From contig JBMORA010000022.1 in NCBI GenBank assembly GCA_049320885.1, positions 64,001 to 128,000 of the forward strand: a stretch of DNA of 64,000 nucleotides, in the 5' to 3' direction. Position 1 is the first letter of the stretch. Each line of letters starts with the position of its first letter. The stretch is from Thermodesulfobacteriota bacterium. Lineage in GTDB: Bacteria; Desulfobacterota; Desulfobacteria; Desulfobacterales; SURF-7. This document shows positions 40,167-51,818 of the stretch, piece after piece. The notes under the pieces are model-generated. The model did no database searches. It was not told the origin of the DNA and saw only the letters and a program-made list of their open reading frames with translations. The translations under genes and the position numbers were made by a program.

Positions 40167-41666
40167 ATGAAGAAACAGATCAACGCTACGACATTATACA
40201 ATTATGTTCAATGCCCCCGCCGGGTTCAGCTTGATTTTTTCGGAGATCCTTCCAAAAAGGATCGCGTCAGCGCATTCGTCGAGCTTTTGTGGGAGCGGGG
40301 CAATGCCTTCGAGCGCGAAACAATGGAAAGGTTGGACGAACCGTTTGCCGACCTTCGCTCCCTTGAACCGCGGGAAAAAGAGCAGCAAACGCTGCGGCTT
40401 ATGCGCTTGGGCGAAAAAATCATTTATGGCGGCAGAATTCGGACCGACACGCTTATCGGGGAACCAGACCTCCTGGTTCAAAAAGGCAGCGGCTATGTGG
40501 CGGGTGACATAAAGAGCGGCGCGGGTATCGAGGGAATGGATGATGCGTCTGATGGCAAACTGAAGCGGCATTACGCCGTCCAGCTTGCCTTGTATACGGA
40601 TGTCCTCGGCCAAGTGGGGTTTTTGTCACGAGACCGTTTTTCGTTCATATGGGATGTCCACGGCCAAGAGGTCGATTATGATCTGGATACCACGATTTCC
40701 AAAAGGGACGACCGCAGCCTGTGGGATCTCTATCAAGAATGCCTCGATGCCGTTATTGGCATTAAAAATCGAAAGCAAGAGCCCCTCGCGGCCCTGTGCG
40801 CCGTCTGCAAGCTCTGCCACTGGCGGTCGCATTGCCGCGCTCAGTTAAAGCAATATGATGACCTGACCTTGATACCCGAATTGGGCCGGGCCAAAAGGGA
40901 CGTCATGTATCCCTATTTAAAAACCGTTCATGATTTGGCCCAGTCCGATTTGACCGGCATCGCTCAAGGCAAAAAGACAATCTTTCCCCGGATCAGCGCC
41001 AACACCATCAGACGGTTTCAGGAGCGGGCCAGGTTGCTGACAACGCCCGATGCCAAGCCCTACCTCAAGGAAGCAATCGAATTTCCGGATGCCGACATCG
41101 AGCTTTTTTATGACGTGGAAACCGATCCCATGCGGGACTGCTGCTATCTGCACGGATTTCTTGAACGGAAAAAATCAAACCCGAACCGCGAAACCTACCA
41201 CGCCTTCGTTGCCGACCAGCCCAACCTCGAACAGGAGCGCGACGCCTTCGCGCGAGCCATGGATTTTATAAAAAAGCGACGCCCGTTCGCGCTCTATTAT
41301 TACTCCCACTACGAAAGGACTACCTTGCGAAGGCTCCGGGAGCGGTTTCCCGACATCGCTTCGGAAGCCGAGATCGAAGCGTTGTTTTCTTCGGAGTGGG
41401 CCATCGATCTTTATTCGGATATTGTGCGAAAGAGCACCGAGTGGCCCACCAACGATTTTTCAATCAAAACCCTGGCGACCTATCTCGGCTTCAAATGGCG
41501 GGACAAGGAGCCCTCTGGAGCCGCGTCAATAGAATGGTATCACCGCTGGGTGGAAACCGGGGACACGGACCTTCGCCAGAGAATCCTGGATTACAACGAG
41601 GATGACTGCATCGCCATGCGGGTTCTGCTTGACGGAATACATCAACTTTCTAAAGAGAAGCGCTAA
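40167..41666 (+). CDS. TM0106 family RecB-like nuclease with an RNase H-like domain
   Basis: QCPRR, GEPDLL..GDIKS (PD-D/ExK), QLALY, CAVCKLCHWRSHC, HhH-like IPELG, and FYDVETD...YNEDDC (DEDD-type). Confidence 0.9.
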   Translation: MKKQINATTLYNYVQCPRRVQLDFFGDPSKKDRVSAFVELLWERGNAFERETMERLDEPFADLRSLEPREKEQQTLRLMRLGEKIIYGGRIRTDTLIGEPDLLVQKGSGYVAGDIKSGAGIEGMDDASDGKLKRHYAVQLALYTDVLGQVGFLSRDRFSFIWDVHGQEVDYDLDTTISKRDDRSLWDLYQECLDAVIGIKNRKQEPLAALCAVCKLCHWRSHCRAQLKQYDDLTLIPELGRAKRDVMYPYLKTVHDLAQSDLTGIAQGKKTIFPRISANTIRRFQERARLLTTPDAKPYLKEAIEFPDADIELFYDVETDPMRDCCYLHGFLERKKSNPNRETYHAFVADQPNLEQERDAFARAMDFIKKRRPFALYYYSHYERTTLRRLRERFPDIASEAEIEALFSSEWAIDLYSDIVRKSTEWPTNDFSIKTLATYLGFKWRDKEPSGAASIEWYHRWVETGDTDLRQRILDYNEDDCIAMRVLLDGIHQLSKEKR

Positions 41667-41719
41667 AGTGAGGAGCTTTTATACTCAACTGGGTATGCCC
41701 AAAAATTGGGTCAACAATG

Positions 41720-42133
41720 CTAATCTTTCCATTTACCGGTGTAAAAATCCAGCCATTCTTTAAAATCAAAATATTTTCCTGTAGTTATATCAAAACAGGT
41801 TGATAAGGCCTTAATGTTGCCATTGTTTATCTCTCTGTTTGCTCTGTCATCAAGATACTTTTTCAAATATTCTTTTTTAAAACCATATTTTTGAGCCAAA
41901 TGTTTGACGCCAGGCGCATTCCTGTTTATCGCCGCCATTCGCCATATGGCCTCTAATTGTAGCTCTCGTATCTTATCAACGGACAATCCAAGTAGAGCCG
42001 CTTTTTGGGCGGCTCTGACAAAGTTTTGGCGGCCTATCTCAAACTGCAAATCATTGTCGTGCAATTCATCATTCATCTTGAACCGAACCCATATACTCGC
42101 CAGCAAAGCTATATGAATGCATGATTTTTCCAT
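41720..42133 (-). CDS. Hypothetical protein (AT-rich)
   Basis: 137-aa ORF; the start may be the internal MNDEL; no motif recognised. Confidence 0.55.
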   Translation of the reverse strand: MEKSCIHIALLASIWVRFKMNDELHDNDLQFEIGRQNFVRAAQKAALLGLSVDKIRELQLEAIWRMAAINRNAPGVKHLAQKYGFKKEYLKKYLDDRANREINNGNIKALSTCFDITTGKYFDFKEWLDFYTGKWKD

Positions 42134-42447
42134 CTAATACGCTTCTCTTTTATGCGGATTTTCGCATTAGAGAGCATATTGTAGTTTCCTATCAATCGTA
42201 GAATATGTTTTTTTGCTTTGGGTGGATCACTGACCCTAAAGAATAGGTATATTTTTTGCTTTTTTACGCGTCCACCAATCCATTTTCCAACTCTTGGGCC
42301 AGACAAAGATGAATTTATATTCACCCCTAACTCTTGGCGAAGGCTTTCATAGTTCGCGCATGAACCCAGGTTAACGCCTTTTAAATCTATTTTGAGTATG
42401 ATGATTCTAAAGAGTTCAATTAATTCCATTCTAATTGCCCTCCACAA
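42109..42447 (-). CDS. Hypothetical basic protein (AT-rich)
   Basis: 112-aa ORF; GGAGG precedes the internal MELIE start. Confidence 0.45.
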   Translation of the reverse strand: MWRAIRMELIELFRIIILKIDLKGVNLGSCANYESLRQELGVNINSSLSGPRVGKWIGGRVKKQKIYLFFRVSDPPKAKKHILRLIGNYNMLSNAKIRIKEKRIRWKNHAFI

Positions 42448-42706
42448 CTAAGAACATCAATTGTTTGATCAGACTCAAAAGTTCATTTCGCTTTCCTATG
42501 ACGCAATTTTTACCATATAGTGTGGGGGCTGGCGATTCGAGTAACCGTAGTATGAACAAACCCTTTGCTGTTTCGAGACAGTCAAAATAACCGCACAAAT
42601 ACGATAATAAGCTTGGTCACTCCGATAATTTTCTACAAAACCGTCACAAGGCATCTATAGTTTCCAAACTTACCTGTCATCACCCCGATCTCCACTCATT
42701 GGTGCT

Positions 42707-42916
42707 TTAATCGCTATCAATTAGGCTCTCGATGTCTCGATCAACATCCGCGATATTGCTTATATTTGGATAGTCATCAATCGAGTCCATTCTGGAACTG
42801 TAGGACTCCACTTCTCCAATAGTCCATCCGCAATAATTGCAATTCCAGGAGTTTTTTGGCAGCAAATGGCCGCACTCCGGGCACCAATCCGCGTTCCTTT
42901 GAATTCTTCTTCCCAT
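42707..42916 (-). CDS. Small zinc-ribbon protein with an acidic tail
   Basis: CPECG..CNYCG; AAGGTGA RBS; 67 nt downstream of groEL. Confidence 0.6.
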   Translation of the reverse strand: MGRRIQRNADWCPECGHLLPKNSWNCNYCGWTIGEVESYSSRMDSIDDYPNISNIADVDRDIESLIDSD

Positions 42917-42983
42917 TTTCTCACCTTTGTTTATTTAGGGCGGGCTGAGGGACCCGCCCCTTAATCTCCCTGAGGTTTTCAGA

Positions 42984-44934
<1,951 letters not shown>

Positions 44935-44999
44935 TCCTCCAATTGCGATTTGAGTTGAGTGTGTTGATATTTAAAAACAATCACTTGCAAATCATTCAA

Positions 45000-45026
45000 G
45001 AAGGCCGCTTCGGTTCAGCGGCCTTC
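45000..45026. other. Hairpin between hsp20 and groES
   Basis: gaaggccgct-tcggttc-agcggccttc; no long U-tract. Confidence 0.6.
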
Positions 45027-45042
45027 CGAACGTACGGCACCA

Positions 45043-45453
45043 TCATCCGGCGGCAACGGGAATTTTCCGCGGGATGGCGCTTTGGACCTTGGGCAGCGTC
45101 AGCCGCAGCACGCCGTCGCTCAACCGGGCGTCGATACGGTCCTGGTCGATGGCCTCGGATATGCTGAACTGCCGGTAAAAACGGCCCACTTCATACTCGA
45201 TAAGGATATCCTTTTCGTCAGGGCCCTCCCACGGCGCGACATCGCCGGTCAGGGTCAACACGCCGTTTTCCAGATCCACTTTCAGATCCCGGCTTTGAAC
45301 GCCGGGCATGTCCGCCAGCAGCGTGATCTCACGGTCCGACTCCAGGATGTCCACATCCGGCGTGAAGACCAGACCATCCTTTGTCTGCTCCGCCTTTGAG
45401 ACGACTTCCTGTTTGCCTTTCGGCACCAACGCCTTGGTATCGTTCTCGGTCAT
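45043..45453 (-). CDS. Hsp20/alpha-crystallin family protein
   Basis: PDVDILE, DMPGV, ARLSDGVLRLTLPK and a C-terminal IPV motif. Confidence 0.95.
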   Translation of the reverse strand: MTENDTKALVPKGKQEVVSKAEQTKDGLVFTPDVDILESDREITLLADMPGVQSRDLKVDLENGVLTLTGDVAPWEGPDEKDILIEYEVGRFYRQFSISEAIDQDRIDARLSDGVLRLTLPKVQSAIPRKIPVAAG

Positions 45454-45472
45454 GGCATTCACCCCCTTTCCA

Positions 45473-45952
45473 TTATGATTGAGAAGACATTACTGAAATT
45501 TGTTTTGCTTTGGACGCTTCGGTTTTGGGAAGCCGCAGGGTCAGTACGCCGTGTTCCAGTTTGGCATCAACCCCGTCCGGATCGATCTCCCCGGATAGCG
45601 CCACGGCCCTTGAAAACCTGCCGCCTTCACGCTCCCGCCGGTGGTAGCTGACGTTTTCCTCCTCCTGGGGAATATGACGCTCTCCGGCAATGGAGACGCT
45701 ATTGGCTGTGGCTTGGATGTCCAGATCCTCGGCCTTTACGCCGGGAATCTCCGCTCGCAAAATATAGCTTTCACGATCCTCGGTCAGGTTGACCAACGGG
45801 AACACGCCCATGGTCCTTCCGGCTTTCCAGTTGGACGGCATCCATTCATCGAACAAACGATCCATCCTCCGCCGCAGTCGTTCAATTTCGGCAAAGGGCT
45901 TTGTGACATCAAAGTCCCATGCCGGGTTGTCAAAAAATCTTCTTGTCAGCAT
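45473..45952 (-). CDS. Hsp20/alpha-crystallin family protein
   Basis: FPLVNLTE, AEIPGV, YHRRER and AKLEHGVLTLRLPK; AGGAGG RBS. Confidence 0.95.
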   Translation of the reverse strand: MLTRRFFDNPAWDFDVTKPFAEIERLRRRMDRLFDEWMPSNWKAGRTMGVFPLVNLTEDRESYILRAEIPGVKAEDLDIQATANSVSIAGERHIPQEEENVSYHRREREGGRFSRAVALSGEIDPDGVDAKLEHGVLTLRLPKTEASKAKQISVMSSQS

Positions 45953-46021
45953 GGCACTCACCTCCTGATAAACATTGATGGTTTACACAGAAAAAAGCTG
46001 TCGAACGCATGCGTCCGGGAA

Positions 46022-47140
46022 TCAGGGGGGACTCCTGATTCCGGAAACCGTCATCGCTTCCGGTTGCGCGATCATGGATTCGACAATATGTTTGACATCT
46101 TCCAAGCGGTCCTTGTGGGCGACCAGGGTTTTTTCACCCGCGCGGACCACCACCACGTCGCTGACACCCACCATGGCCAAGGTTTCCTGGGGATGGTCGC
46201 AAAAGACCAAATTGCCCTGGGCGTCCAGCGCGTGGACCCTGCCTTTGATAAAATTGCCGTTGGCGTCGTGAGCCAGAAAATCCTGGATTGCCAACCATCC
46301 GCCCACATCCTTCCATGAGAATTCTCCGGCCACGCAACGCACATCCCGGGCTTTTTCCATCACCGCATAGTCAATGGAAATCCGATTTAGAACCGCAAAC
46401 TTCTCTTGCAACTCATCTTCCCATTGGTCTGTGTCCATCTTCTCCACGGCCTTGGTCAAATGCTCCACATGCTTTGGAAGGTGGAGGGCCAGCTCACCGA
46501 AAATAGCGTTCACGGTCCACACGAACATGCCCGAGTTCCACAGATACCGCCCGGACCCCAGATATTGTCCGGCGACTTCGGCGTTCGGCTTTTCCTTGAA
46601 GGAGACGACATGAAAATGCTCCACGTCTTGATCTATGGCGGTTTTTTCGCCGACCTCCAGGTAGCCGTAGCCGGTGGCCGGATGTGTCGGTTTGATCCCG
46701 AAGGTGTAAAGTGCGCCGGTCCTACGGGCCTCTTTCACTGCCGAAACCAGGGTCTGCTGAAATTTTTCAACCGGTTCGATTAAATGATCGGCCGTCAAGA
46801 TGACGATCACCGGGTTACCGAAGCGTTTCATGGCGACCAGCGCACCGAGACACACCGCTGCGGCGGTGTCCTTGCGCTCGGGCTCACCGATGATATTCCG
46901 GTCCGGGATGTTGGGAAGTTGCTCGCGAACCAGCGGCGTGAACTGCCGGTTGGTCAGTACAATCACGCGTTCATCCGGCACGATGCCAGCCACTCGGTCA
47001 TAGCTTTTTTGCAACAGGCTGCGGTCATCAAAAAGTTGGATGAACTGCTTGGGCCGTTCATGGGTACTGAGCGGCCAAAACCGCGTGCCCACGCCGCCGG
47101 CCATGATAATGGCAACCAGGTTCTTATCGATGCTTTCCAT
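46022..47140 (-). CDS. manC: Mannose-1-phosphate guanylyltransferase (no C-terminal PMI cupin)
   Basis: MAGGVGTRFWPLS..PKQF, EPERKDTA, TGYGY, FKEKP, WNSGMF and ISIDYAVME. Confidence 0.95.
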   Translation of the reverse strand: MESIDKNLVAIIMAGGVGTRFWPLSTHERPKQFIQLFDDRSLLQKSYDRVAGIVPDERVIVLTNRQFTPLVREQLPNIPDRNIIGEPERKDTAAAVCLGALVAMKRFGNPVIVILTADHLIEPVEKFQQTLVSAVKEARRTGALYTFGIKPTHPATGYGYLEVGEKTAIDQDVEHFHVVSFKEKPNAEVAGQYLGSGRYLWNSGMFVWTVNAIFGELALHLPKHVEHLTKAVEKMDTDQWEDELQEKFAVLNRISIDYAVMEKARDVRCVAGEFSWKDVGGWLAIQDFLAHDANGNFIKGRVHALDAQGNLVFCDHPQETLAMVGVSDVVVVRAGEKTLVAHKDRLEDVKHIVESMIAQPEAMTVSGIRSPP

Positions 47141-47154
47141 TTCACCACCTCATC

Positions 47155-48102
47155 TCATTCAAGCGCGGGACGGGGATTTGAGAGACACAAATCCACCAAA
47201 TCGGCAATCATTGCCGTGCCGACGCACATCACCGTGTCCGCGCCGCCCCAGTAGATCTTCACCGTGCCGTCGTCCTCGGCCACCGCGCCGCAGCAGAACA
47301 CCACATTGTGCACGTACCCGCTGATCTCCCACAGGTCCTCGGGTTGAAGTATCCAATCGTCGGCCACGCCCAAGACCCTTGACGGATCGGCAAGGTCATG
47401 CAGGGCCACGCCGAGCCGGTAGACGGCACCGTCCATGGTTTTGAACACGCCGTGGAAGATGTTCAGCCATCCTTTCTCGGTTTTGATGGGCGTGGCCCCC
47501 GGTCCGACCTTCATTTCATCCCAATGGTAGGCCATGGGCTTGATGACGACCTTGGCATCCCCCCAATGCACCAGGTCCGGCGAATAGGAAATCCAGATGG
47601 ACCATGGTGAGATTTCCGAGTGGGGCCGGTCCAGCCGGGCATAGCGGCCGCCTATTTTTTCAGGGAAAATGACCACGTTGCGATAATCCGCCTGGGTGAT
47701 CAGGGAGATCCTTTCCAGGCGCTCAAAATCCATGGTTCTGGCCAGGGCAACACGCACGCCGTGCCAAGAATAGGCCGAGTAGGTGATCAGGTAGCCGTCC
47801 TCCATGGGACAGATGCGCGGATCTTCCACGCCAAAGGCCTCGTAGTCGGCGAATGGCTCGGCCTTGGCCGGGGTGATGAACGGCTCGGGCCTGACCGCGA
47901 ACCGCACGCCGTCACTGCTTTCCGCCAGACCGATGATCGACCGGCCATTTCTCAGGTGGGACCTGAACAGCATGACATATTTTCCATCGTGCTTGACCAC
48001 GCCGGCATTGTGCACCGTTTCCACCGGGTACGGCACATCATGCTTGGTCAGTACGGGATTTTTCTCGTAACGCCGAATGATCGGTTCCTTAGACTCTGCC
48101 AT
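47155..48102 (-). CDS. GH130 family beta-mannoside phosphorylase-like protein
   Basis: KNPVL, HNAG, GVEDPRI, LDRP, KVGPG, FHG, YRLG and NVVF. Confidence 0.9.
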   Translation of the reverse strand: MAESKEPIIRRYEKNPVLTKHDVPYPVETVHNAGVVKHDGKYVMLFRSHLRNGRSIIGLAESSDGVRFAVRPEPFITPAKAEPFADYEAFGVEDPRICPMEDGYLITYSAYSWHGVRVALARTMDFERLERISLITQADYRNVVIFPEKIGGRYARLDRPHSEISPWSIWISYSPDLVHWGDAKVVIKPMAYHWDEMKVGPGATPIKTEKGWLNIFHGVFKTMDGAVYRLGVALHDLADPSRVLGVADDWILQPEDLWEISGYVHNVVFCCGAVAEDDGTVKIYWGGADTVMCVGTAMIADLVDLCLSNPRPALE

Positions 48103-49441
48103 AATCATCCTCTGATCTTTCAATATCATCCTCCCCGAAATAGTCGCCGGTCTGTACCTCGATGAACACCAGGTTGTCCGGTCCGGGATTGCGGATGCGG
48201 TGCCAGGTCCCCACCGGCAGATCGATGGCCTGGCCGGACACCCGCTCAATATCTTCGCTGTTTTGGGTCACCACCGCGGTGCCGCCAAGCACGTACCAGT
48301 GCTCGGAGCGTCTGAAATGGCGCTGGCAGCTCAGACGCTGCCCGGGATAGACGGTGATCCGCTTGACCTTGTGATCCGGCTTGTCCGCCAAAACCTCGTA
48401 AAAACCCCAGGGCCGGTGGTCCTCGCGCCGGGTCCGGTTGATGACGGTTTCATACACCCGGAAATAATCCGCCACCATGCGCTCCACGGAAAAGCGCGTC
48501 TCGACCCATCGACGGCACTTATGGCGGTCAAGGTCCCTGACATTGTTCAAGGACTGAACCATCCCGTCGATATCGGCGGTCAAAAAACCGGTCTCCCCGT
48601 GGGCGATGATTTCCGACATGCTTCCCCTGGAAAAGGCCACCACCGGTGTTCCGCAGGCCATGGATTCCACCACGGAAAGGCCGAACGGCTCGTCGAAACC
48701 GATGGGGTGCAGCAGGGCGTATGCGCCGCCCAGCAGTTCGTCGCGTTTTTCAGGTCCGGCGCTGCCCACATAGATGATGTGGTCGTCATCCAAGTAGGGC
48801 CTGACCTTTGTGTCGAAATAAGCCTGGTCCTGGATGATGCCCGCCATGATGAGCTTCATGCCGGTTCGGCGAGCCACCTCGATGCACTCGGCGGCGCCTT
48901 TCTCCGGATGGATGCGGCCGAAAAAGAGCAGATATGCTCCATGATCGGGCCTGAAGGTGAACCGGCCAAGGTCGATGCCGTGATGGATGACGGCGGCATA
49001 GTCCAGCTCCGGCGACTTGTCCGCTTCGCTGATAGCCACATAGAAGCATTTGCCGTTGTACTTCTTGTACACCGGCAGGATCTTGGGCGACGAGAAGCCA
49101 TGGATGGTGGTCACCACCGGCGTCGCGGTCATGCCGGAATAGGTCAGCGGCAGATAGTCGAAGTGGTTGTGAATCAGGTCAAAGGCGTCGCCCTGCTCGA
49201 ACACCTCGGAAATATGCAGACACTCCCACACCTTGGGCAGCATTTCGGCGTCTTCCTCGTACCCCTTGGTACAGACGCTTTTCAGCCAGCCACGGGTTTG
49301 CGACTCGCCGGTGGCAAACAGGGTCACATCGACCCCGCGCGCCACCAGGCCCTCGGTCAGCAGGGAGACCACGTTTTCCCAGGGACCATAGTGCCTCGGC
49401 GGCGTGCGCCAAGCGATGGGCGACAGCATGGCGATCTTCAT
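48089..49441 (-). CDS. GT4 glycosyltransferase fused to a mannose-6-phosphate isomerase type II cupin
   Basis: TPPRHYGPWE, GRIHPEKG, EPFGLSVVESMACGTPV; C-terminal RPWG..VKRITVYPGQRLS.Q.H..RSEHW..IEVQTG.YFGEDDIER. Confidence 0.9.
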   Translation of the reverse strand: MKIAMLSPIAWRTPPRHYGPWENVVSLLTEGLVARGVDVTLFATGESQTRGWLKSVCTKGYEEDAEMLPKVWECLHISEVFEQGDAFDLIHNHFDYLPLTYSGMTATPVVTTIHGFSSPKILPVYKKYNGKCFYVAISEADKSPELDYAAVIHHGIDLGRFTFRPDHGAYLLFFGRIHPEKGAAECIEVARRTGMKLIMAGIIQDQAYFDTKVRPYLDDDHIIYVGSAGPEKRDELLGGAYALLHPIGFDEPFGLSVVESMACGTPVVAFSRGSMSEIIAHGETGFLTADIDGMVQSLNNVRDLDRHKCRRWVETRFSVERMVADYFRVYETVINRTRREDHRPWGFYEVLADKPDHKVKRITVYPGQRLSCQRHFRRSEHWYVLGGTAVVTQNSEDIERVSGQAIDLPVGTWHRIRNPGPDNLVFIEVQTGDYFGEDDIERSEDDYGRV

Positions 49442-49443
49442 GA

Positions 49444-50436
49444 CTACCCCCACATGCGCCGATCCTGCTGGTTGTGCTTCTCGAGCCAATCCAGCAACTC
49501 CGACACCCGCGCCGTGGCCAGGGCGATGCATTTGTCCGCCCCGCCGTAATACATCCGGACATCGTCTCCATCGACCAACCAACCGCAGGGGAACACCACC
49601 TTGTCCACGTCGCCGACGGTCTCATAAACTTCTTCCGGCGCGAACACCCATTCGTCCGCCCTGGCCAACAGCCGGGTCGGGTCCTGCAAGTCCAACAGCG
49701 CCAGTCCCAATCGATAAATGCACCCGGAGGCCGTGTTGCGGACGCCATGGTAAAGGATCAGCCAACCCTTTTCGGTCCGTAGCGGCGGCGGCGAAAGACC
49801 GACCTTGTTGGCGTCCCACCAGCCGCCCTTGCGGGCCGGCAGCAATATTTGATGGTCGCCCCAATGCTTCATGTCCGGGCTGAAGGAGATCCAAATATGC
49901 GCCCCGACACCGGCGAATCCCGGAACCGGCCGGTGAAGCATGGCCCAGCGCCCGTTGAACCGCGCCGGGAACAGGGCCGCGTCCTTGTCTTCGGGCGGCA
50001 TGACGACGCCCTTGCGCTCGAACGTCTTGAAATCCTTCGTCGTGGCCAGGGAAACCAGCGGACCGCCCCGGGAATAAGCCGTGTACACCACGGCCCATAG
50101 GTCCAACTCGTCGACGCGGGTGATCCTGGGGTCCTCGATGCCCCAGATCTCTTCGGGGTGATTTTCCGGATCGGCCGAAAAGGTGGGCCGGGCATCAATC
50201 CGCCAGTCGGTCACGCCGTCCCGGCTGCGCGCCGCGGTGAGGTGCGACAGCCCGCGGCGGTCCTCCACGCGCATGAGCAGCAGGGTTTCTTCGCCGCATC
50301 GCGTGGCCGCCGCGTTGAACACCGCGTTGGCCTGGTAGGGAAGGTCCCTTGCCTGGATGATGGGGTTGGCGCTGTGCCTGGCAAAAAGCTCCTTGAATCT
50401 GGCATCGCTCATTTTCGATTCCTTACTTGTTTCCAT
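49444..50436 (-). CDS. GH130 family beta-mannoside phosphorylase-like protein
   Basis: ANPII, VFNAAA, GIEDPRI, KDAALFP, LHRP, KVG, YHG and VVFPCG; alternative start at 50412. Confidence 0.9.
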   Translation of the reverse strand: METSKESKMSDARFKELFARHSANPIIQARDLPYQANAVFNAAATRCGEETLLLMRVEDRRGLSHLTAARSRDGVTDWRIDARPTFSADPENHPEEIWGIEDPRITRVDELDLWAVVYTAYSRGGPLVSLATTKDFKTFERKGVVMPPEDKDAALFPARFNGRWAMLHRPVPGFAGVGAHIWISFSPDMKHWGDHQILLPARKGGWWDANKVGLSPPPLRTEKGWLILYHGVRNTASGCIYRLGLALLDLQDPTRLLARADEWVFAPEEVYETVGDVDKVVFPCGWLVDGDDVRMYYGGADKCIALATARVSELLDWLEKHNQQDRRMWG

Positions 50437-50441
50437 GGTCT

Positions 50442-51797
50442 CTATTCCAAATCGGCTTTCGCCGCATCGATCACCGCCTCTACAAGCTCTCTGATTTCCC
50501 GCAGTCGCGACTCCGACTCGGCCTCAAATCGAAGCACGATGACGGGACTTGTGTTGGACGCCCGGACAAGCCCCCACCCGTCTTCGAAAACCACTCGCAC
50601 ACCATCGATATCGATTGTCCGATAGTTGGTGGAAAGCGCCTGTTTTACCTTCGCCACGAGTTCAAACTTTTTATCATCCGGGCAATCAACGCGGATCTCG
50701 GGGGTATTGTAGGTTTTGGGCAGATCTGAAAGATAAGCGGACAGGGGTTTGTTGTCCTTCGACAAAATCTCCATGAGACGGCAAGCCGCGTAGATGGCGT
50801 CGTCGAATCCGAAATACCGGTGTTTAAAAAAGAAGTGCCCGCTCATCTCCCCGGCAAGAAGCGCATTTTCATCTTTTAACTTCTTCTTGATGAGAGAATG
50901 CCCCGTCTTCCACATAATGGGCACGCCGCCTTTGCGTTCGATCTCGTCGTACATGACTTGGGAGCATTTCACCTCACCGATGAACTTTCCTCCGGGGTTG
51001 TCTTTAAGGATCTCACGGGCGAAAAGGACCATCAGCATGTCGCCATAAAGGATTCGCCCATTCTCATCCACCACGCCAAGCCGATCGGCATCGCCGTCAA
51101 AAGCGACACCCAGTTCGAGCCCCTGGTCCACCACGGTTTTAGACAACAATTCCAAATTCCGTGGCACTGTCGGATCGGGCTCGTGATTGGGAAAGGTTCC
51201 ATCGGGGTCCATAAACAGTTCGGAAAGCTCGCAATTCAACCGTTTAAAAACGGGTCCGGCCGCCAAACCGCCGGTTCCGTTGCCGGCGTCCACGGCCACC
51301 CGCATGGGACGCGCCAATCGAATGTTGTCGGCCAGGTAGTCGCAATAAACGGGCAATATACTGAATTCGTCCAGCGATCCTTGGCCTGAGGCATATTCTC
51401 CGGATTCGACGATCTTTTTAAGGTTCTGAATTTCGCCTCCGAAGAGGGTGTCGGCTCCTAAACAGATCTTGAATCCGTTATATTCCGGCGGATTGTGGCT
51501 CGCGGTGATCATGACGCCGCCGTCCACCCCCAGATGCCGCGTGGCAAAATAGAGAAGCGGCGTGGGACACAGTCCCACATCGATCACATCCACGCTTCCC
51601 TTGGTTATGCCCTCGATCAGGGCATCCCTGATCGCCTGTGAACTCATTCGACAATCACGGCCCACCACACAGCGTCTACCGCCGCGTTCCGCTACATAAG
51701 TTGCATAGCCACGGCCGATTCTTTCCGCGTCATCCACATTGAAATCCTTGTCCACTACACCGCGAATGTCATATTCTCTGAAAATCAAAGGATTCAT
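50442..51797 (-). CDS. Phosphomannomutase/phosphoglucomutase
   Basis: FREYDIRG, TASHNP, FDGDADR, GEMSGH and RASNT. Confidence 0.96.
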   Translation of the reverse strand: MNPLIFREYDIRGVVDKDFNVDDAERIGRGYATYVAERGGRRCVVGRDCRMSSQAIRDALIEGITKGSVDVIDVGLCPTPLLYFATRHLGVDGGVMITASHNPPEYNGFKICLGADTLFGGEIQNLKKIVESGEYASGQGSLDEFSILPVYCDYLADNIRLARPMRVAVDAGNGTGGLAAGPVFKRLNCELSELFMDPDGTFPNHEPDPTVPRNLELLSKTVVDQGLELGVAFDGDADRLGVVDENGRILYGDMLMVLFAREILKDNPGGKFIGEVKCSQVMYDEIERKGGVPIMWKTGHSLIKKKLKDENALLAGEMSGHFFFKHRYFGFDDAIYAACRLMEILSKDNKPLSAYLSDLPKTYNTPEIRVDCPDDKKFELVAKVKQALSTNYRTIDIDGVRVVFEDGWGLVRASNTSPVIVLRFEAESESRLREIRELVEAVIDAAKADLE

Positions 51798-51818
51798 GCT
51801 TTCTTCCTTTACTCCGGT

